A DNA stretch of 46,848 nucleotides from Actinomycetes bacterium (GCA_045807325.1 JBJMHP010000195.1:1-46848); one strand, 5' to 3'; positions 9,078 through 17,809 are shown, numbered from the stretch's first letter. The notes: generated from the letters alone by a model not told the origin. Program-made: numbers and translations.

Positions 9078-9518
9078 GTGACGGTGAAGGCCGAGACCGC
9101 GACGCCGGTTGCACAGGCGATCTGGGAGCTGCTCGTCGAGCTGTCGATGTCGCGCGTGCGCCAGCGGTTCCTGGCCACGGTCACCGAGCTCGGCCTCTCC
9201 CTCCCCCAGGCCCATGCCCTCAAGGTGTTGCGCCCCGGGCATCCGATCCCCATGCGGGAGCTGGCCGACGGGCTCCACTGCGACCCTTCGAACATCACCG
9301 GGATCGTCGACCGCCTCGGCGACCGGGGCCTGGTGGAGCGCGGGTCGGCGCCCGGTGACCGGCGCGTCAAGACCCTGATGCTCACCGAGGAGGGCGCCGC
9401 CCTGCGAATGCGGCTGCTCGACCAGTTGTCCGACCCGCCACCGGGCCTGGGCAGGCTGAGCCTCGACGAGCAGCGCCGGCTCCACGACCTTCTGCGCCGC
9501 GCCCTGCTGGACGACTGA
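9078..9518 (+). CDS. MarR-family transcriptional regulator
   Basis: LSLPQAHAL...MRELADGLHCDPSNITGIVDRLGDRGLVERGSAPGDRRVK. GTG start after GGAG (start approximate). Confidence 0.9.
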   Translation: MTVKAETATPVAQAIWELLVELSMSRVRQRFLATVTELGLSLPQAHALKVLRPGHPIPMRELADGLHCDPSNITGIVDRLGDRGLVERGSAPGDRRVKTLMLTEEGAALRMRLLDQLSDPPPGLGRLSLDEQRRLHDLLRRALLDD

Positions 9519-9561
9519 CGCCACGCCCACCCGGCTGGTCCCAAGCGAGAGGACCACTCCG

Positions 9562-11220
9562 ATGGACGTCCTGATCGGCGTCGCCTGGCCGTACGCGTCC
9601 GGGCCGCGCCACCTCGGCCACCTGGCCGGAGCCTACCTGCCCGCCGACGTCGCCGCCCGCTACCACCGGCTGGCCGGCGACCGGGTCCTGCTGGTCTCCG
9701 GGTCCGACCAGCACGGCACCCCGATCACGGTCGCGGCCGAGCGGGCCGGCCTGTCGCCGGCCGCCCTGGCCGACCGCGAGCACGTGCGCATCGCGGCCAG
9801 CTTCGCCCGCGCCGGCATCTCCTTCGACCACTACACGAGGACGGCGACCCGCCGGCACCACGCCGTCACCCAGGACCTGTTCACCCGCCTGCACACCAAC
9901 GGGTTCGTCACCGAGGCGACCCAGCCGGCCGCCTTCTGCGGGCGCGAGGGCCGCTCCCTGCCCGACCGCTACGTCGAGGGCACCTGCCCAGCCTGCGGCG
10001 CCCCCGACGCCCGCGGCGACCAGTGCGACACCTGCGGCCGCACCCTCGACCCCGAGGAGCTGGGCGCGCCCCGCTGCCGGCGCTGCGGCGGACCGGCCAC
10101 CCTCCGGCCCCTGCGCCAGCTGTTCCTCCGCCTGGACCTGCTCCAGCCACAGGTCGCGCGGTACCTGGACGCGCACGGGCCCGGCTGGCGGCCGTTCGTT
10201 GGCGCCGAGGCCGGCGGCTGGCTGGCGGCCGGCCTGCGGCCACGGGCGATCACCCGGGACCTGGACTGGGGCGTGCCCGTGCCCCTGCCCGGCTGGGAGG
10301 ACCGCCGGCTGTACGTGTGGTTCGACGCGGTCATCGGCTACCTGTCGGCGTCGGTGGAGTGGGCCGAGCTGCACGGCGACCCCGACGCCTGGCGGTGCTG
10401 GTGGCAGGGCGACGCGGCCCGCCACCGCTACTTCGTCGGCAAGGACAACATCTGGTTCCACACCGTCTGGTGGCCGGCCATCCTGCTCGGCGCCGGTGGG
10501 GACCTCCGCCCACCCGACGAGGTGGTGGCCAACCACTACCTGACCCATCCCACCGGAGGACCCCCCCGATCCACCGGGAGACCACCCCGGCGGTCCCCCG
10601 GACCCCCCTGGCCCACCGGCAAGCTGTCGGCCAGCCGGGGCCGGGCCCCCACGATCGACGAGGGCATCGACCGGGTCGGGCTCGACCCGCTGCGCCACGC
10701 CCTGTGCGCGCTCGGGCCGGAGACGGCCGACGTCGAGCTGGCCTGGGACAAGGTGGCCGAGCTGACCGCCAGCGGCCTGCTCGGCGCCGTCGCCGGCCCA
10801 CCCCACCGGGTGGCGACCCTGCTGTGGCGCCGCTTCGGGGGCCGCCCCGACCCGGCCGCGCTGGCCACCGCCGGGCCCGAGCGGGCCGAGGCCGCGGCCG
10901 CCCTGGCCGAGGTGGGGGCCGCCCTGGACCGGGCCGAGCTGCGCCGCGCCCTCCAGGCGGTGCACGCCATCGGCCGCGGCGTCAACCGCCGCCTGGCCGC
11001 CACCGAGCCCTGGCGCCTCCCCGACCCCGACGCCCACCGCGAGCTCACCCGCCTGCTGCCGCTGCTGGACGCCCTCGGGGTGGCCGCCTGGCCGTTCGTC
11101 CCCGATACCGCCGGCCGCGTCCGCACCCTCATCGGCCGCCCCGCGGCTCCGTGCCGCTGGGCGGTGGACCCCGACCCGCCCGTGGTCCCCGCCCCACCGG
11201 ACCCGCCGCTGCGCCGCTGA
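9562..11220 (+). CDS. metG: Methionine--tRNA ligase (divergent, possibly a second copy) with a 21-aa insertion
   Basis: AWPYASGPRHLGH (HIGH), SGSDQHGTPI, Zn knuckles, ITRDLDWG, YVWFDA, GKDNIWFH, KLSAS (KMSKS-like) and EPW. Confidence 0.88.
   Translation: MDVLIGVAWPYASGPRHLGHLAGAYLPADVAARYHRLAGDRVLLVSGSDQHGTPITVAAERAGLSPAALADREHVRIAASFARAGISFDHYTRTATRRHHAVTQDLFTRLHTNGFVTEATQPAAFCGREGRSLPDRYVEGTCPACGAPDARGDQCDTCGRTLDPEELGAPRCRRCGGPATLRPLRQLFLRLDLLQPQVARYLDAHGPGWRPFVGAEAGGWLAAGLRPRAITRDLDWGVPVPLPGWEDRRLYVWFDAVIGYLSASVEWAELHGDPDAWRCWWQGDAARHRYFVGKDNIWFHTVWWPAILLGAGGDLRPPDEVVANHYLTHPTGGPPRSTGRPPRRSPGPPWPTGKLSASRGRAPTIDEGIDRVGLDPLRHALCALGPETADVELAWDKVAELTASGLLGAVAGPPHRVATLLWRRFGGRPDPAALATAGPERAEAAAALAEVGAALDRAELRRALQAVHAIGRGVNRRLAATEPWRLPDPDAHRELTRLLPLLDALGVAAWPFVPDTAGRVRTLIGRPAAPCRWAVDPDPPVVPAPPDPPLRR
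10549..10619 (+). mobile_element. 63-bp in-frame palindromic insertion flanked by an 8-bp direct repeat (MITE/REP-like)
   Basis: CCCACCGG at 10549-10556 and 10612-10619. Internal hairpin CCGGGAGACC/GGTCCCCCGG. Removing the insert restores YLTHPTGKLSAS spacing. Confidence 0.7.
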
Positions 11221-11286
11221 CCCTACCCTCTTGGCGTGGGGGCGGCGGGCCAGGGAGAATGCGGCGGGAAACGGAAGGAGCCTGCG

Positions 11287-12279
11287 TTGCGTATCGAGTC
11301 GTCGGTCACCTCCCTGTCATGGATTCCGCTCGGGGCGATGGAAGGCGCCGGCACCGAGCTGGCGTTCCGCTTCGGCATCGCCCACTACGACCCGCCACCG
11401 CCCGAGGTCCTGGAGGACCTGGAGGCCCTCAAGGCCGCCGACCGCTTCCGGTTCGCCAACGACCTGCGGGCCTGGATCGAGGTCGACGACGACGGCCGAA
11501 TCGCCGACCACGGCCACGCCGGCGGCGGCCAGATCGGCAGCACCACTATGCGCCTGGGCGCGCGCGAGCTGACCTTCGCGGCCACGCCGTTCCCGGACCT
11601 GCGGCCCAAGCCGGAGCTCGGCGACGGCTGGGTCCGGTTCGTGCAGACGGCCGGCGGCCGCACCGGGGCGCCGGCGCCGCGGCGCATCCGCCGCCCGCCC
11701 TTCATCCAGTGGATCGCCCCGGCCGCCTGGTCGACCCTGGCCCTGACCGTCCACACCGACGGCCGGGCCACCTACGAGGTGGTCGGGGCCAGCCCCTTCC
11801 CGCGCCACTGGATCTACGACCACGACGGCAAGCTGGTCGCCAAGACGGGCCGGATCGACTTCGACCGCTGGTTCCGGGAGACCGAGATGCAGCGGACCCC
11901 CTGGGGCGACGAGGACTCGCCAGCGCTGGTCGTGGCCGCCGAGACGGCCCTGGAGCGGCGGCTGTCGGTGGCCATCATCGACGGCAAGCCCTCGTTCCGG
12001 CGCCTGGAGACCGGCGAGACCCTGGTCGAGCAGGGCGACACCGGCACCGACGTCTATCTCCTCTTCGACGGCGTGCTCATGGTGGAGGTCGACGGCAAGC
12101 CGGTGACCGAGCTCGGGCCGGGGGCCGTGGTCGGCGAGATGGCCCTGCTCGAGGGGGGCCGGCGCACGGCCACCCTGCGGGCGGTCACCCCCTGCCGGAT
12201 CGCCGTGGTCGCCGGCGAGCAGCTGGACCGGGACGCGCTGGCCGAGGTGGCGCGGGGCCGCCGGGAGCCCGACGACTGA
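11287..12279 (+). CDS. Cyclic-nucleotide-binding domain protein with an uncharacterised ~245-aa N-terminal domain
   Basis: TTG start after AAGGAG. C-terminal CNBD (LVEQGDTG...GAVVGEMALLEGGRRTAT). No HTH. Confidence 0.85.
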   Translation: MRIESSVTSLSWIPLGAMEGAGTELAFRFGIAHYDPPPPEVLEDLEALKAADRFRFANDLRAWIEVDDDGRIADHGHAGGGQIGSTTMRLGARELTFAATPFPDLRPKPELGDGWVRFVQTAGGRTGAPAPRRIRRPPFIQWIAPAAWSTLALTVHTDGRATYEVVGASPFPRHWIYDHDGKLVAKTGRIDFDRWFRETEMQRTPWGDEDSPALVVAAETALERRLSVAIIDGKPSFRRLETGETLVEQGDTGTDVYLLFDGVLMVEVDGKPVTELGPGAVVGEMALLEGGRRTATLRAVTPCRIAVVAGEQLDRDALAEVARGRREPDD

Positions 12280-12281
12280 CC

Positions 12282-14492
12282 ATGACCGCGGCGGTACCGA
12301 GGCGGGCGACGCTGCGGGTCGCCGTCTGGACCTTCCATCTGGTGCTGCCGCTGCTGGGGCTGTGGCTGCTGCTGGCCCAGCCCCACTTCGACGTCGTCAT
12401 CGAGCACCATGTCGGGCACTTCGCGCTGGTGGTGGCCGTGGCCGCGGTCAACGTGGCCCTCGGGGTGCGCATGAGCGAGGTGTCGCGCAACCAGGGCGAC
12501 GCCCGCCTGTTCCTGGTGTCGCTGGTGTTCCTGTCCAGCGCCGGCTTCCTGCTGCTGCACGCCCTGGCCACGCCTCAGGTGATTCTCTACGGGCGTAACG
12601 CCGGGTTCGCCATCGCCACTCCGGTCGGGCTGCTGCTGGCGGCCGTGTTCGCCGCCCTCTCCTCGCTCAACCTGACCCCCGAGCGGGCCGAGGCCGTACT
12701 GCGCCGCCAGGCCCTGCTCCGGGGCGGCCTGGCCGCGGTCATGGTCGCCTGGGGCGTGGTGTCGCTGTTCGGGCTGCCGCCACTGGACGCCCCCCTGCCC
12801 GAGGAGGCCAGCCGGGGCCCGCTGACCGCCATGGCCATCGCCGGGGTCGCCCTGTACCTCGTGGCCGCGGTCCGCTACTGGCTGCTGTACCGGCGCCGGC
12901 CGTCGGTGATCCTGATCGCCATCCTCACCGCCTTCGCCCTGCTGGCCGAGGCCATGGTCGCGGTCGCCCTGGCCCGCAACTGGCACGCCTCCTGGTGGGA
13001 GTGGCACCTGCTGATGGCGTTCGCCTTCGCCTTCGTCTACTACAGCGCCCACGTCCAGTACGCCCGCGAGGGCTCCTGGTCCAGCCTGTTCCGGGGCATC
13101 TACCTCCAGGAGACGATCCAGCAGGTACGTCGCGAGCACGGCGCCGCCCTGGAGGCGCTGGTCGAGGCCATGCAGCAGCCCAACGGGGCCCGGCCGGTCG
13201 GCCGGGTGGTGGCCGACCTGGCCGACCGCTTCGACCTGACCGAGGGCCAGGCCCAGGTGCTCGAGCGGGCCGCCGAGGCGCTGCTGGCCGAGCGCGAGCA
13301 GATCAGCCGCCTGCGGGCCCTGGTCGCGGTGGGGGCCGAGGCCCGGGTGATCGTGGACGAGCGCCACCTGCTGGAGCGCGGGGTCGAGCTGACCGGCCAG
13401 GCGCTGCGGCCCGACGCGCTGCGGGTCGGGCTGGTCGAGGGCGAGCGGCTGGTGTTCCCGTCCTCGATGCGGGCCGAGGGCTGGACCGACCCGCCGGCCG
13501 CCGAGCGGGGGCCGGACGACGGCGGCGGCGACCCGACCGCGGCCTCCCTGACCTCCCTGGAGCCGGTCGAGGAGACCGACGGCCCGGGTGGGCGGCTGGT
13601 CCTGCCCCTGACCGTCAAGGACCGCCCGGCCGGGGTCCTGGACGTGCGCCGGGCCGAGGGGCCCTTCGCCGAGCGGGACCGGTGGCTGCTCCAGGCCCTG
13701 GCCAGCCAGCTGTCCATCGGGCTGGAGAACGCCCGGCTGTACCGCCAGCTCGACGGGCTGTTCCGTCAGTACATGTCGCCCGACGTGGCCACCGCCCTGC
13801 TGGCCGACCCGACCCAGGCCGCCCTGGGCGGCGACGTGGCCGAGGTGACGGTGCTCTTCGCCGACCTGCGCGGGTTCACGCCCTACTCCGAGCGGACCGC
13901 CCCCGACCAGGTGGTGGGCATGCTCAACCAGTACTTCGGCCGGGCCGTGCCGCTGCTGCTGGCCAACGGGGGCACGGTCGTCCAGTTCGTCGGCGACGCC
14001 GTCATGGCCCTGTTCAACGCCCCGGCCCGCCAGCCCGACCACGCCCTGCGGGCGGCCAGGGCGGCCCTGGGCATGCAGGCGGCCATCGAGGCGGTCGCCG
14101 AGCATCAGCCGGACTGGCCCCGGTTCCGGGTCGGGATCAACACCGGCCCGGCCCTCATCGGCAACATCGGCAGCGACGAGTTCCGCAACTTCACCGCCAT
14201 CGGCGACACCGTCAACCTGGCCGCCCGCCTGGAGCAGGAGGTGGCCGAGGCCGGCCAGGTGGTGCTCGGCCCCACCACCCACGCCGCCATCAAGCACCTG
14301 GCCATCGCCCGGCCCCTCGACCCCATCGCGGTCAAGGGCAAGCGCGACCCCGTCGCCTGCTGGGTCCTGGAAGGCCTCAAGGACGACCCCACCACCTGGT
14401 CCCCCGACCACCCCCATCGCCCCACGCCCACGCCCCCCGAGGGCGACCCGGCGCCCGCCGACGCCCCTCCCGCTGGACCGGCGTCCCCTTGA
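12282..14492 (+). CDS. Membrane-bound class III nucleotide cyclase (multi-TM sensor, GAF-like domain, cyclase)
   Basis: About 7 TM helices, GAF tail LASQLSIGLENARLY, cyclase motifs VLFADLRGFT, FVGDAVMALF, GINTG and FTAIGDTVNLAARLE. Confidence 0.9.
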   Translation: MTAAVPRRATLRVAVWTFHLVLPLLGLWLLLAQPHFDVVIEHHVGHFALVVAVAAVNVALGVRMSEVSRNQGDARLFLVSLVFLSSAGFLLLHALATPQVILYGRNAGFAIATPVGLLLAAVFAALSSLNLTPERAEAVLRRQALLRGGLAAVMVAWGVVSLFGLPPLDAPLPEEASRGPLTAMAIAGVALYLVAAVRYWLLYRRRPSVILIAILTAFALLAEAMVAVALARNWHASWWEWHLLMAFAFAFVYYSAHVQYAREGSWSSLFRGIYLQETIQQVRREHGAALEALVEAMQQPNGARPVGRVVADLADRFDLTEGQAQVLERAAEALLAEREQISRLRALVAVGAEARVIVDERHLLERGVELTGQALRPDALRVGLVEGERLVFPSSMRAEGWTDPPAAERGPDDGGGDPTAASLTSLEPVEETDGPGGRLVLPLTVKDRPAGVLDVRRAEGPFAERDRWLLQALASQLSIGLENARLYRQLDGLFRQYMSPDVATALLADPTQAALGGDVAEVTVLFADLRGFTPYSERTAPDQVVGMLNQYFGRAVPLLLANGGTVVQFVGDAVMALFNAPARQPDHALRAARAALGMQAAIEAVAEHQPDWPRFRVGINTGPALIGNIGSDEFRNFTAIGDTVNLAARLEQEVAEAGQVVLGPTTHAAIKHLAIARPLDPIAVKGKRDPVACWVLEGLKDDPTTWSPDHPHRPTPTPPEGDPAPADAPPAGPASP

Positions 14493-14495
14493 TGT

Positions 14496-14515
14496 AGACG
14501 ACCGTTCGTGCTTTT
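14496..14515. promoter_or_regulatory. Putative TetR operator upstream of tetR
   Basis: AGACGACCGTTCGTGCTTTT. Its reverse complement AAAAGCACGAACGGTCG matches 15174-15190. Confidence 0.55.
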
Positions 14516-14523
14516 ATTGGGCC

Positions 14524-15132
14524 ATGAGCAAGGGGACCGAGACCCGCCAGGCCGTGCTGGAGGAGGCGGCCCGGGTGGCCAGCAGGGTCGGGCTGGGCGG
14601 CCTGACCATCGGGTCGCTGGCCACCACCACCCAGCTCTCCAAGAGCGGGCTGTTCGCCCACTTCCAGTCCAAGGAGGCCCTCCAGCTCCAGCTCCTGGAC
14701 CACACCCGGGAACGCTTCGTCGACCTGGTGGTCCGCCCGGCCCTGGCCGCCCCCCGCGGCGAGCCGAGGGTGCGCGAGCTGTTCCGGCGCTGGCTCGCCT
14801 GGGACGCCGACGCCCTGCCCGGCGGCTGCCTGTTCGTCGCGGCCAGCGCCGAGTTCGATGACCAGCCGGGCCCGGTCCGCGACCGGCTGGCCCAGGACCA
14901 GCGCGACTGGCTGGAGACCATCGCCCAGGTCTTCCGGACCGGCATCGCCGAGGGCCAGTTCCGCCCCGCCGCCGACCCCGAGCAGTTCGCCCACGACCTG
15001 CACGGGGTGATGCTGGCCTTCCACCACGCCAGCCGGCTGCTCGGCGACCCGGACGCCGCCGCCCGCGCCACCCGCGCCTTCGAGGCCCTGCTGCTCGCCG
15101 CCCGCCAACCAGCCCCTGACCCAGCCTCCTGA
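14524..15132 (+). CDS. TetR/AcrR-family transcriptional regulator
   Basis: TRQAVLEEA...GLTIGSLA...LSKSGLFAHFQSKEAL HTH, and GGCLF in the C-terminal domain. Confidence 0.92.
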   Translation: MSKGTETRQAVLEEAARVASRVGLGGLTIGSLATTTQLSKSGLFAHFQSKEALQLQLLDHTRERFVDLVVRPALAAPRGEPRVRELFRRWLAWDADALPGGCLFVAASAEFDDQPGPVRDRLAQDQRDWLETIAQVFRTGIAEGQFRPAADPEQFAHDLHGVMLAFHHASRLLGDPDAAARATRAFEALLLAARQPAPDPAS

Positions 15133-15143
15133 AGGAGACGCCG

Positions 15144-16040
15144 ATGCCCGGCAGCCGGCTCGCCGCCACGCAGAAAAGCACGATCGTTCGGTCATTCGTG
15201 GTGCTGGAGCGGGTCGCCCCCGCCGCCGGCGCCCGCTGGGCCGAGACCCTCTGGTTCACCGTCCCCAGGGCCAGGGCCCGTCCCGAGCGGCCGGCGCCCC
15301 CCGGCCGCCCCTTCCAGGTCCAGGTCAACGGCCACACGGTCGCCGGCGAGGCCTGGGGCGCCGGGCCGGTGGTGTACCTGGTCCACGGCTGGGGCGGCTG
15401 GGGCCGGCAGCTGGAGGCGTTCGTGGGCCCGCTGGTCGAGCGGGGCCACCGGGTGGTCACCTTCGACGCCCCCAGCCACGGCGCCTCCGACCCCGGCCCC
15501 GCGGGCCCGGGCCGCGGCACCATCCTCGAGTTCGCCGACGCCCTGACCGCGGTGGCGGCGGCCAACGGCCCGGCCCACGCCCTGGTCGCCCACTCCCTGG
15601 GCGCCACCGCGGCCGCGTACGCCATGCGCGGCGGGCTGCGGGTCGAGCGGGCGGCGTTCGTCGCCCCCATGGCCGACCCCCTGCCCTACACCCACATCTT
15701 CGCCGGCCGCCTCGGCTTCGGCGAGCGGGTCCGGACCCGCCTGGTGGACCGGATCGAGCGCCGGGTCGGCATGCCCCTGTCGGCCTTCGACGTCCCGGCC
15801 ATGGCCGGCGAGGTCCCCACCCCGCCCCTGCTGCTGGTCCACGACCGCCAGGACGCCGAGACGGGCTGGTCCGACAGCGCCGCCATCGCCCGCTCCTGGC
15901 CACACGCCCGGCTGGTCACCACCGGCGGCCTCGGCCACCGCCGCATCCTCCGCGCCCCGGCGGTGGTGACCGAGGTGGTGGAGTTCGTTGCCGAGCCGGT
16001 GGCCGCCCGCCCGGCCGGCCCGGCCCCGGCCCGCTCCTGA
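15144..16040 (+). CDS. Alpha/beta hydrolase
   Basis: VHGWGG, FDAPSHG, nucleophile elbow AHSLG, HDRQD and GLGHRRIL. RBS AAGGAG. Confidence 0.9.
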   Translation: MPGSRLAATQKSTIVRSFVVLERVAPAAGARWAETLWFTVPRARARPERPAPPGRPFQVQVNGHTVAGEAWGAGPVVYLVHGWGGWGRQLEAFVGPLVERGHRVVTFDAPSHGASDPGPAGPGRGTILEFADALTAVAAANGPAHALVAHSLGATAAAYAMRGGLRVERAAFVAPMADPLPYTHIFAGRLGFGERVRTRLVDRIERRVGMPLSAFDVPAMAGEVPTPPLLLVHDRQDAETGWSDSAAIARSWPHARLVTTGGLGHRRILRAPAVVTEVVEFVAEPVAARPAGPAPARS

Positions 16041-16206
16041 CCCTCAGGCCCGCACGACCAGGACCGTCTCCAGGGTCGGGTCGAGGCGCCGGCCATGCGG
16101 CTGCCCGCGTGGGCCTCGTCCCGGAGGGCCTCCAGCAGGTCGGTGGTGATCGGCTCGTGGGGGGCAAGAAGGCGTCACGGGGTGTCGTGCGGCACAGGCC
16201 AGGGGG

Positions 16207-16443
16207 CTAGGGGGAAGGCGGGGCTTCCTCGGGCGTCCCGGTCGACCCCGGGGGCCGGCCGCGGCTGCGGATCCGCTCGAAGGGGGTGTGGCAGGCGGTG
16301 CAGATCCAGGAGGAGGTCATCACCGTGGGGCCGACCATGCCGACCTGCTCCACCTGGTCGGAGTCGCACCAGGGGCAGGTCACGCCGGCGTCGTCGCCGC
16401 CGGCGGGTCCAGGCGGCGCTGGAGGGGGTTCCATCGGTGCCAT
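16207..16443 (-). CDS. PaaD C-terminal-like zinc-ribbon protein
   Basis: VTCPWCDS...GPTVMTSSWICTACHTPFERIR matches the CxxC...CxxC..PFE tail of PaaD. Start uncertain (16443 or 16434). Confidence 0.7.
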   Translation of the reverse strand: MAPMEPPPAPPGPAGGDDAGVTCPWCDSDQVEQVGMVGPTVMTSSWICTACHTPFERIRSRGRPPGSTGTPEEAPPSP

Positions 16444-17114
16444 GGTAGGTCCTGGTCCTCCAGCGGCTCCCGGGCGATGCCGGCGGCGTCCAGCACCGGC
16501 CCGACCCGCCCCAGGTAGCGGCGGCGCAGCTCGTGGTTGTCGTGGCCAAGGACGCCCCGGCCACGCAGGACCTCGACCCCGCGCTCTCCCGGCCGGCCGA
16601 ACCAGCACAGCAGCTCCGGGAGGGACTCGTCGACGCGGGCCTGGAGCTGGCCGCGGCCGCCGTGGAGGCCGACCAGCTCCCGCACCCGGCCCTCGGCGAA
16701 GTCCCGGTGGAACGCCTCCTCCTCCAGCATCCGCGGCACCCGCCTGGCCAGGGCGGCGTAGTCTCCGCCAGCCAGCGCCTCCAGCATGACGGTCACGGCG
16801 GTGTCGACCAGCAGCAGGGCGGCGACCGCGTGCGACCAGGTCGGGAAGGGCCGGTCGAGCAGGGACACGCGGTAGGCGCGGGACCGCTCGGCCGGGTCGA
16901 CCGGGCCGGGGAACGGCAGCTCGCCGAGCAGCGGGTACAGCACCCGGGCCTGGCCGAGCTCGCCCTGGGCGACGGCCGCGCAGGCCACCCCGACCTCGAG
17001 GCTGGGCGACCCGACGGCCCACCCCGACAGGTGCCGGCCGAGCCAGTACTTGTTGTCGCCCAGGACCAGCAGGAGGTTGACCAGCGCCGGGGCGGTGGGG
17101 TCGTGGTCAGCCAC
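16380..17114 (-). CDS. PaaC-like ferritin-fold (structural) subunit of an aryl-CoA epoxidase
   Basis: LGDNKYWLG...W...PSLE...AQGELGQAR...EEEAFH. PaaA/PaaC fold with degenerate iron ligands. Confidence 0.78.
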   Translation of the reverse strand: MADHDPTAPALVNLLLVLGDNKYWLGRHLSGWAVGSPSLEVGVACAAVAQGELGQARVLYPLLGELPFPGPVDPAERSRAYRVSLLDRPFPTWSHAVAALLLVDTAVTVMLEALAGGDYAALARRVPRMLEEEAFHRDFAEGRVRELVGLHGGRGQLQARVDESLPELLCWFGRPGERGVEVLRGRGVLGHDNHELRRRYLGRVGPVLDAAGIAREPLEDQDLPWHRWNPLQRRLDPPAATTPA

Positions 17115-17289
17115 CGCCGACGACCCAGTGGACGGCCCGCTCGGGGACCAGCACCAGCTCGACCCAGCGGTCGCCGTAGCGCTCCAGGGCGGCCGCGGCC
17201 GCGGCGGCGTCGTCGTCGGCCTCGACCGTGCCCTGGTGCTCCAGCGGCTCCGGGTAGGCGGTGCGGCCGAGCACCCGGTAGCGCTCCAC
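17107..17289 (-). CDS. PaaB-like small subunit (second copy)
   Basis: YRVLGR...PLEHQGTVEADDDAAAAAAALERY...ELVLVPERAV resembles PaaB. Fills the operon gap with overlapping stop/start. Confidence 0.6.
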   Translation of the reverse strand: MERYRVLGRTAYPEPLEHQGTVEADDDAAAAAAALERYGDRWVELVLVPERAVHWVVGGG

Positions 17290-17300
17290 GCCCCGCTCCC

Positions 17301-17498
17301 CTACTCCGGGACGATCACGGGGACGACGGCCGAGCGGGGGGCGACGAACATCTCCTGCCAGCGCCGCTCGTCGTACAGCATGAAGGCGAACACCTTGGCG
17401 TCGCTGGCCCCGGCGGCCTGCACCGTGCCAACGTGGTGGGCCCGGGCCTCGCGGTCGTGGCGGGCGAACACCTCCCAGACCTCGGCCGGGGTGTCCAC
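17301..17498 (-). CDS. PaaB-like small subunit
   Basis: VWEVFAR...HHVGTVQA...A...YDER...MFVAPRSAV, the PaaB pattern. Confidence 0.75.
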   Translation of the reverse strand: MDTPAEVWEVFARHDREARAHHVGTVQAAGASDAKVFAFMLYDERRWQEMFVAPRSAVVPVIVPE

Positions 17499-17501
17499 GG
17501 C

Positions 17502-17807
17502 TCAGGTCACCCCGAGGGCGCGAAGGGCGAGGCGGCCCTCCTCGGTCAGGTCCTGGCGGCTCCAGGGCTCGAACAGCTCCTCGACCTCGACGCCGGTCAC
17601 GCCCTCCAGGCGGCCCAGCCGGGCCTGGACGTCCTCGATGAGCACGTCGGTGCAGGGGCAGGCGATCGAGGTGAAGGTGATGCCGACGGTGACCGTGCCG
17701 CCCTGGACGCGGACCGACCGGACCAGACCCAGGTCGACGATGCCGACCGGCAGCTCCGGGTCCTGGACCTCGGCCAGGGCGGCCCACACGGCGGCCTCGG
17801 CGACCAT
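17502..17807 (-). CDS. DUF59/SufT metal-sulfur cluster assembly factor (PaaD N-terminal-like)
   Basis: VWAALAEVQDPELPVGIVDLGLV...TFTSIACP...PWSRQDLTEEGR. Confidence 0.85.
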   Translation of the reverse strand: MVAEAAVWAALAEVQDPELPVGIVDLGLVRSVRVQGGTVTVGITFTSIACPCTDVLIEDVQARLGRLEGVTGVEVEELFEPWSRQDLTEEGRLALRALGVT

Positions 17808-17809
17808 GG

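Noticed and set aside
10023-12281. N-terminal 750 aa of the 1489-aa ORF, suggesting a giant cyclase fusion
   Set aside because: Arg/Pro/Gly-rich off-frame shadow of metG and the CNBD gene. The real cyclase starts at ATG 12282.
11287-14492. Canonical Pycsar anti-phage system
   Set aside because: The cyclase has TM and GAF sensor domains and class IIIb-like motifs, and the effector lacks recognisable TIR or TM domains. Kept only as an analogy.
16041-16206. Possible small ORF or pseudogene remnant between the hydrolase and the Zn-ribbon gene
   Set aside because: No convincing start, RBS or recognisable motif.
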